A DNA stretch of 64,000 bases, taken from the NCBI GenBank assembly GCA_030646255.1, contig JAUSNF010000021.1, positions 9,340-73,339 on the forward strand. Reading direction: 5' to 3'. Positions 58,889-64,000 of the stretch are shown piece by piece. A program made the position numbers and the translations under genes. The notes beneath the pieces were generated by a model. The model made no database searches and was not told the DNA's origin. It worked only from the letters and a program-made list of their open reading frames with translations. The stretch's first letter is position 1. The number at the start of each line of letters is the position of its first letter. The stretch is from Candidatus Burarchaeum sp. Its GTDB lineage: Archaea > Micrarchaeota > Micrarchaeia > Burarchaeales > Burarchaeaceae.

Positions 58889-60106
58889 CTATTCCCCTAG
58901 CACTTCCTTTCTTTCCTCATAATAACTCTTCGACTTGCCGGGCCTGAACGCGCTCATCTTGCGCAGCTCCTCAACTTCCTTTCTGACCGCGGCCACCACA
59001 TACCTTGCCTCTTTCTCATTGTTGAACTTTGACAGCGAGAACCTGATGGAGCCATGCGCCTGCTCATGCTCCAGCCCGATTGCCTTGAGCACATGGCTCG
59101 GCTGCAGGGATTTGGAAGAACAGGCCGAGCCTGTTGATACGCAGATGCCCTTCACGCTCAGCCGCATCAGCAGCGCCTCGCCCTCTATGAAGTCGAATGT
59201 AATGTTCGCATTGTTGCACAGCCTCCTGCCCAAATTCTTCCCTACAGGCCCGTTCATTCTTGTGTTCGGTATTTTCAAGAGCTCCGCAACCAACGCATCC
59301 CGCAGGCGCGCCATGCGCGGCACTTCCTTCTTCATATCCCGCACTCCAATTTCAGCCGCCTTTGCAAAGCCCACAATGCCTGGCACATTCTCAGTGCCCG
59401 CCCTCAAATTCCCCTCCTGCGGCCCACCGTAAATCTGCTTGCCCAGCCGGATGCCCCGCCTTACGAAGAGCGCGCCAACGCCCTTGGGGCCATGAATCTT
59501 GTGCGCATTCAGCGTGAGCAGGTCAACATTCTGCCGCTTAACGTCAATCGGCACTTTCGTAAAGCTCTGGCATGCATCTGTGTGGAAGAGCACTCCCTTA
59601 GCCCTGCAAACCTTGCCAATTGCCCCAATATCCTGAATAGTGCCAATCTCGTGATTGGCATGAATCACGCTCACGAGCACAGTCTTGTCATCAATTGCCC
59701 TTGCCACCTGCTCAGCACTTACAAAGCCTTCCGAATCAACATCTAGGAATACAACTTCAAAGCCCTTCTCAGCCATGCGCTTGAACACATTGCCCACAGA
59801 CGCGTGCTCAATCTTCGTCGTAATTATTCTCTTGCCCTTCGCGCCCTCGCCAAGCGCCTCGCATGCACCCACAATCGCAAGATTATTGGCTTCAGTAGCG
59901 CATCCAGTGAAAATAATCTCCTCAGGCTCGGCATTAATGCACTTCGCAACCGTGCGCCTGCTGGCATCCAGAATCTCCTCTGCCTCAAGGCCCATATAGT
60001 GCAGGCTCGACGCATTGCCATACTTTTCAGTCATGTAGGGCAGCATAGCCTTGGCTACCTCTGGCAGAACCCTTGTCGTGGCCCCGTTGTCCATGTAAAC
60101 TTTCAT
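58889..60106 (-). CDS. iscS: Cysteine desulfurase IscS/NifS
   Basis: SVIHANHEIGT, PLP Lys in TLNAHKIHGPKGVG, SGSACSS active site. Confidence 0.9.
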   Translation of the reverse strand: MKVYMDNGATTRVLPEVAKAMLPYMTEKYGNASSLHYMGLEAEEILDASRRTVAKCINAEPEEIIFTGCATEANNLAIVGACEALGEGAKGKRIITTKIEHASVGNVFKRMAEKGFEVVFLDVDSEGFVSAEQVARAIDDKTVLVSVIHANHEIGTIQDIGAIGKVCRAKGVLFHTDACQSFTKVPIDVKRQNVDLLTLNAHKIHGPKGVGALFVRRGIRLGKQIYGGPQEGNLRAGTENVPGIVGFAKAAEIGVRDMKKEVPRMARLRDALVAELLKIPNTRMNGPVGKNLGRRLCNNANITFDFIEGEALLMRLSVKGICVSTGSACSSKSLQPSHVLKAIGLEHEQAHGSIRFSLSKFNNEKEARYVVAAVRKEVEELRKMSAFRPGKSKSYYEERKEVLGE

Positions 60107-60130
60107 TCCATCGCCCTCTGCATCAGCAGT

Positions 60131-60379
60131 TCAGCAAACCTCGACCAGGAACCCTTTCCTGCCTACGGGCATTAGCTTGGTCTTGTCCCCTTTCTTTATG
60201 CCCATGTGCCGCGCCAAATCCTCGGGTATGGTTATGATGAGCGACCTGCCCGCATAGCTGACCTTCCTCTCGAAAATCAGGTTCTTCTTCCGTATGTTCT
60301 CGAGCGAGAGGTTGCAATAGCCGCACATGCCCGCCTTTCCCGGTTCGTCATTCTTCGCTTTAGCACCCATATCAATCAC
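60131..60379 (-). CDS. AbrB/SpoVT (MazE-like) swapped-hairpin domain protein
   Basis: ...LIITIPEDLARHMGIKKGDKTKLMPVGRKGFLVEV. Confidence 0.4.
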   Translation of the reverse strand: MIDMGAKAKNDEPGKAGMCGYCNLSLENIRKKNLIFERKVSYAGRSLIITIPEDLARHMGIKKGDKTKLMPVGRKGFLVEVC

Positions 60380-60612
60380 TAATCTAATTAGTGAAAGATA
60401 AGAATTAAAAAGCTTTCTGCGTCCTGCCAGACAGATGCTAGAACGCCCTAGGCCTGTATCCGGATTTGGTCTAGCTACCGCATCAGAAACTAATTAAAAG
60501 ACATACTTCGTAGGATATTGGTTCTGCAAGACAATCAATTTGACTGGGTGAACATATCAAAGCACAATCGGCAATCGAGTACCTGACAATTTATGGCTGG
60601 GCATTCTTATTA

Positions 60613-62997
60613 TTGGTCGTTATGCTCGCAGTATTGTTACAGTTGGGCGTTTTCAAAACAGCAAACTATGTCCAAACTGGAAACGAAGTCGTGGGGTTCA
60701 ACAGCTTCAACATCAACCGAGTTCTTGTGCGCTCATCAGGCGAATTCGAGGTCAGCCTCTCCAACCTGCTCGATGACAAGGTTACTATAACGGAAATCAC
60801 CGTGGACGGCTTGCCCCTAACAAACGTTTTGCCAGCGCTGCCCTTCAACCTTTCAGCGGGCTCGAACGTTACGATAACAGCAGACTCGCCAGTCACAGGC
60901 ACCGCAGGCGCGATTTACAATTCCAAGATAAGCATAAAATTCGACGTTGAGCGCGGCACCTCAGACCACTATGACGCGGGCTTCCTCAAGGGCGAGTTCC
61001 AGCCCGGCGGAATGGGAAAAAAGCAGTGTTCGAACGGGCTCGATGACGACAGCGATACGCTCACCGACTTCCCCGCAGACCCAGGCTGCTCCAATGGGAA
61101 TGATGGAAACGAGCGCAACCCGCTAATAGCGTGCGATGATGAGAAGGACAACGACAATGACGGGCTCAAGGACTATCCTGCAGACCCCGGCTGCTCGAGC
61201 CCCATAGACGGTGATGAGACTGATTCAGTGCTGGAAACAGCGTGCGAGGACGGCGTCAACAACGACAATGACGGCCTCATCGATTATCCTGCAGACCCCG
61301 GCTGCACGGGCGCCTCTGACACGAGCGAGCTCGGCATGGTGGAGTGCGACAATAATGTTGACGATGACACTGACGGCTACACCGACTATCCTGCAGACAC
61401 CGGATGCTCAAGCGCCTCTGACACAAGCGAGCTTGGCACGGTGGAGTGCAACGACGGCAACGACAATGATGCGGACGGCCTCATTGATTATCCTGCGGAC
61501 AGCGACTGCTCGAGCCCCGCCGATGACAGCGAAGCCTCGTCAGCATCCTGCGCTGACACCGACGGCGGCATCAACTACACTACGCTGGGCTCGGTGAGCG
61601 GCTACTACAACGGCATGCCTTACAGCTACACTGACTACTGTGCCGGCTCATACATTGCTGAACACTACTGCGACGGCACGGTGAACAAGACCTCGTGGTA
61701 TACTTGCAATAGCATGGGCACCGGCTACACATGTTCAAACGGCGTCTGCGTGCCTCCTGCGCCTCCGGCGAACTGCACGGACAGCGACGGTGCACTGCCC
61801 ATGGAGCCGTTTTACCCGATAGCATCACAAATAGGCACCGCGGGAACGTGCACTGATGCGAACGGAATTTTCACTGACATCAGCGTCAACTCAACAATCC
61901 TGAACGAGTTCTACTGCGGCCCGACGCAGAACCCGATTTCGTGCCTGAATACCACATGGTACAACTGCCTCTCGCACAACTACACCGGCTCTTCGGGCGG
62001 CAAGTGCATCTGGGAGAACGTGTCAAACAACAACAGCTGCAGTGATTCGGATGGCGGCTTGATATACAATGTCACCGGTGCAACTAGCGGCTACTACAAC
62101 AACACAGCTTACAATTACACCGACAGCTGTTACAATGCGACATGGGTGAATGAGCAGTTCTGCTCTGGGAGCCCATGGCAAGCTATCTGGTCGAACTCGA
62201 CTGTTTACGCATGCAGTAACATGGGCGCGAACTACACATGCTCTGCTGGGAAGTGCGTGTACAGCGCACCTCCGCCGCCCAACATGACAAACTGTACGGA
62301 TACAGACGCTTATCTGCAAGAGGCGCTGAAGTACCCGCTCCAGTCGCAGATAGGCGTGCAGGCGCAGTGCACTGACTACCGTGGCATATATTACGACACG
62401 AGCCAGGATTCCAATTGGACGAGCGAATACCATTGCTACCAATACAACAGCAGCGAAAACAGGTGCGGCTTGACCGTATACAACTGCCTGTCATGGAACT
62501 ACACTGGCTCATCGGGCGGCAAGTGCGTCTCGTCAAACAACAGCTGCAGCGACACTGATGGAGGGCAGATATACAATGTGACTGGAACTGTTAATGGAAC
62601 TTACAATGGCGCAAATTACAGCTACACCGATACCTGTTCATCCGGCACACTCCTGCAGGAAAATTACTGCTCGGGTACCACGAACCACTCGGAGATGTTC
62701 ACCTGCACCAATATGGGCGCGGGCTACACATGCTCGGGCGGCAAGTGCATTCCGCCCGCAGCAAACTGCACTGACACGGACAGCTACCTCCAAGTTGCCA
62801 GGAATTATCCGCTTTCCTCGCAGATAGGCGTGTATGCCAACTGCACGGACAGCGGCGGCGGAACCTATGATGACGCGACTATAAATGCGACAGCGTCTAG
62901 GGAGTTCTACTGCGTTTCCTTGACTTGTTACTACGCGGAATACAACTGCCTGTCATGGAACTACACCGGCTCATCGGGCGGCAAGTGCTACAAGTAG
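60613..62997 (+). CDS. Large secreted Cys-rich modular repeat glycoprotein; real start is probably near 60556
   Basis: 5x C-x-DNDxDGLxDYPADPGC Ca-binding-like repeats, then alternating ~95-aa modules A/B x3; more than 40 N-x-S/T sequons; an in-frame upstream KAQSAIEYL class III signal motif. Confidence 0.6.
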   Translation: MVVMLAVLLQLGVFKTANYVQTGNEVVGFNSFNINRVLVRSSGEFEVSLSNLLDDKVTITEITVDGLPLTNVLPALPFNLSAGSNVTITADSPVTGTAGAIYNSKISIKFDVERGTSDHYDAGFLKGEFQPGGMGKKQCSNGLDDDSDTLTDFPADPGCSNGNDGNERNPLIACDDEKDNDNDGLKDYPADPGCSSPIDGDETDSVLETACEDGVNNDNDGLIDYPADPGCTGASDTSELGMVECDNNVDDDTDGYTDYPADTGCSSASDTSELGTVECNDGNDNDADGLIDYPADSDCSSPADDSEASSASCADTDGGINYTTLGSVSGYYNGMPYSYTDYCAGSYIAEHYCDGTVNKTSWYTCNSMGTGYTCSNGVCVPPAPPANCTDSDGALPMEPFYPIASQIGTAGTCTDANGIFTDISVNSTILNEFYCGPTQNPISCLNTTWYNCLSHNYTGSSGGKCIWENVSNNNSCSDSDGGLIYNVTGATSGYYNNTAYNYTDSCYNATWVNEQFCSGSPWQAIWSNSTVYACSNMGANYTCSAGKCVYSAPPPPNMTNCTDTDAYLQEALKYPLQSQIGVQAQCTDYRGIYYDTSQDSNWTSEYHCYQYNSSENRCGLTVYNCLSWNYTGSSGGKCVSSNNSCSDTDGGQIYNVTGTVNGTYNGANYSYTDTCSSGTLLQENYCSGTTNHSEMFTCTNMGAGYTCSGGKCIPPAANCTDTDSYLQVARNYPLSSQIGVYANCTDSGGGTYDDATINATASREFYCVSLTCYYAEYNCLSWNYTGSSGGKCYK

Positions 62998-63072
62998 GCT
63001 GACTAACTGATTCTGCTTATCTAAACGCCCGGGCCGCACGGCTAGGGTCTGTCTAGATGCAGCGGCACGGGT

Positions 63073-63618
63073 TTACTCCCTGAACCGCTTCCTGTCTGCC
63101 CTTATCTGCGATCTGAGCGCGAAAGAGCCCCGGGGCGTCCGCCTAATTTTCGCATCCCCAATACTGCCAACCTTGTGGAACACAATTTTCCTTCCATAAA
63201 AAGAAAGCAGGCGGCCTATCTTTCCTGAGCGGAAGGTTCCCTTCCCGAGATTCCTCGCAATCCTCCCCCCAATATCCCGCTTCAGGCTGACTTTCTCGTT
63301 GACAATATGGATTTCCCCTGACGGCCTCCAGCTGATCCCAACAGCCTCTTCTGCCGTGGCGCAGCTGTAGTAGAACTTCCCGCTCGACAGGAATAAGGCT
63401 ATGGCAAGCGTCAGCACGCGGATGGGATCATCCATGAACCAGCCAGCCCGCTCCTCCTCGGAAGGGACGTAATATATGCCCTTGAAGGGCGTGGGGAATA
63501 TTTTGAGGGCCGCGCTCAGATTCGCAATCTCCGCAGGCGCAAGTCCCTCCTTCACAAGCTGCGCATGGCTAACTACTTGCCTTGGAAGCATCTTCAACCA
63601 CCTTCGCGAAAAATTCAT
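63073..63618 (-). CDS. AbiEi-like antitoxin/transcriptional regulator
   Basis: N-terminal LPRQVVSHAQLVKEGL...FKGIYYVP resembles AbiEi_4 wHTH. Confidence 0.5.
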   Translation of the reverse strand: MNFSRRWLKMLPRQVVSHAQLVKEGLAPAEIANLSAALKIFPTPFKGIYYVPSEEERAGWFMDDPIRVLTLAIALFLSSGKFYYSCATAEEAVGISWRPSGEIHIVNEKVSLKRDIGGRIARNLGKGTFRSGKIGRLLSFYGRKIVFHKVGSIGDAKIRRTPRGSFALRSQIRADRKRFRE

Positions 63619-64000
63619 AGTCCTCTTCCTTCCAAACAGTCTTCCTCATTTCTTCCATTGTCTCGGGCAGCCCGTATTTCCGGATCAGGCGCCCTAGGCC
63701 GGACAAATCCCCCTTCCTCTTCATTATGAACACGCAGTCGAAAAGGTCCCTCGCCTCCTTCCTGTCCGCATACGCCTCGATTTTCATCCTCAATAGCTCG
63801 TCGAGTGCGGCCACCTTCAGCATTGAGTTTCCCAGCGCATGCTCATCATACCCGCCCACCTTGCGCTTCGGCTTGAATATCTCCACTTTTATCGACGCGT
63901 CCTCGAACTGGATTGCAAACTGGTTCTTGTACGCAGTTCTCTGCGTCCTGTAGCCTTTCTTGCTCAGGCAGCCCTTCAGCGCCTCCTTCGCCCTTGCCTC
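63569..64000 (-). CDS. AbiEii-like nucleotidyltransferase, 5' end beyond the window
   Basis: Open frame runs to the window edge; C-terminal ...MKIEAYADRKEARDLFD; 50-nt overlap with the downstream gene. Confidence 0.5.
   Translation of the reverse strand, partial: EARAKEALKGCLSKKGYRTQRTAYKNQFAIQFEDASIKVEIFKPKRKVGGYDEHALGNSMLKVAALDELLRMKIEAYADRKEARDLFDCVFIMKRKGDLSGLGRLIRKYGLPETMEEMRKTVWKEEDYEFFAKVVEDASKASS

Noticed and set aside
60593-60790. 65-aa plus-strand ORF overlapping the start of the large glycoprotein gene.
   Set aside because: It is in a different frame from the long ORF. The long-ORF frame carries the pilin-like signal.

Overview
This is an archaeal chromosomal segment. It is high-GC overall, with several AT-richer patches that look foreign. 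The gene content is archaeal-type information processing, with rpoB split into B'' and B' (euryarchaeal/DPANN-like).

Core genes:
- SMC and an M24 peptidase.
- The minus-strand block NusA-L30e / S12-S7-EF2 and RpoH-RpoB''-RpoB'-RpoA'-RpoA''.
- TFB, then a tRNA-Ile(GAU) that only folds if two introns are removed, and a tRNA-Asn(GUU).
- Topo VI subunits A and B, a KH/Dim2-like protein, PIMT and L15e.
- The proteasome-exosome superoperon: Rpp30, Pop5, PsmA, SBDS, Rrp4, Rrp41, Rrp42, L37ae, RpoP, Pcc1, prefoldin beta.
- A DHH phosphoesterase, alanine dehydrogenase, and an IscS/IscU-DUF59 pair.

Accessory regions:
- 0.7-5.9 kb: a lower-GC island with DUF3800, HicBA, ParDE/RelBE-like, Fic, four iteron-like repeats and a circularly permuted PIF1-like helicase ORF. 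It is interleaved with two pairs of direct repeats, one of which encodes a duplicated 23-aa basic micro-ORF.
- An AT-rich insertion between rpoH and tfb.
- A tandem wHTH-nucleotidyltransferase / HEPN array.
- VapBC inserted inside the exosome superoperon.
- A patch of ankyrin, TPR and internally triplicated repeat proteins.
- 52.4-57.1 kb: a tightly coupled six-gene operon of five proteins with archaeal class III (type IV pilin-like) signal peptides, headed by a small Cys-rich membrane protein, with no ATPase or platform genes nearby.
- A 794-aa Cys-rich, N-glycosylation-sequon-rich modular repeat protein. Its likely class III signal peptide lies upstream of the computed start, which implies a non-canonical start codon.
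- An AbiE-like pair truncated by the window end.

No CRISPR array and no rRNA were seen.
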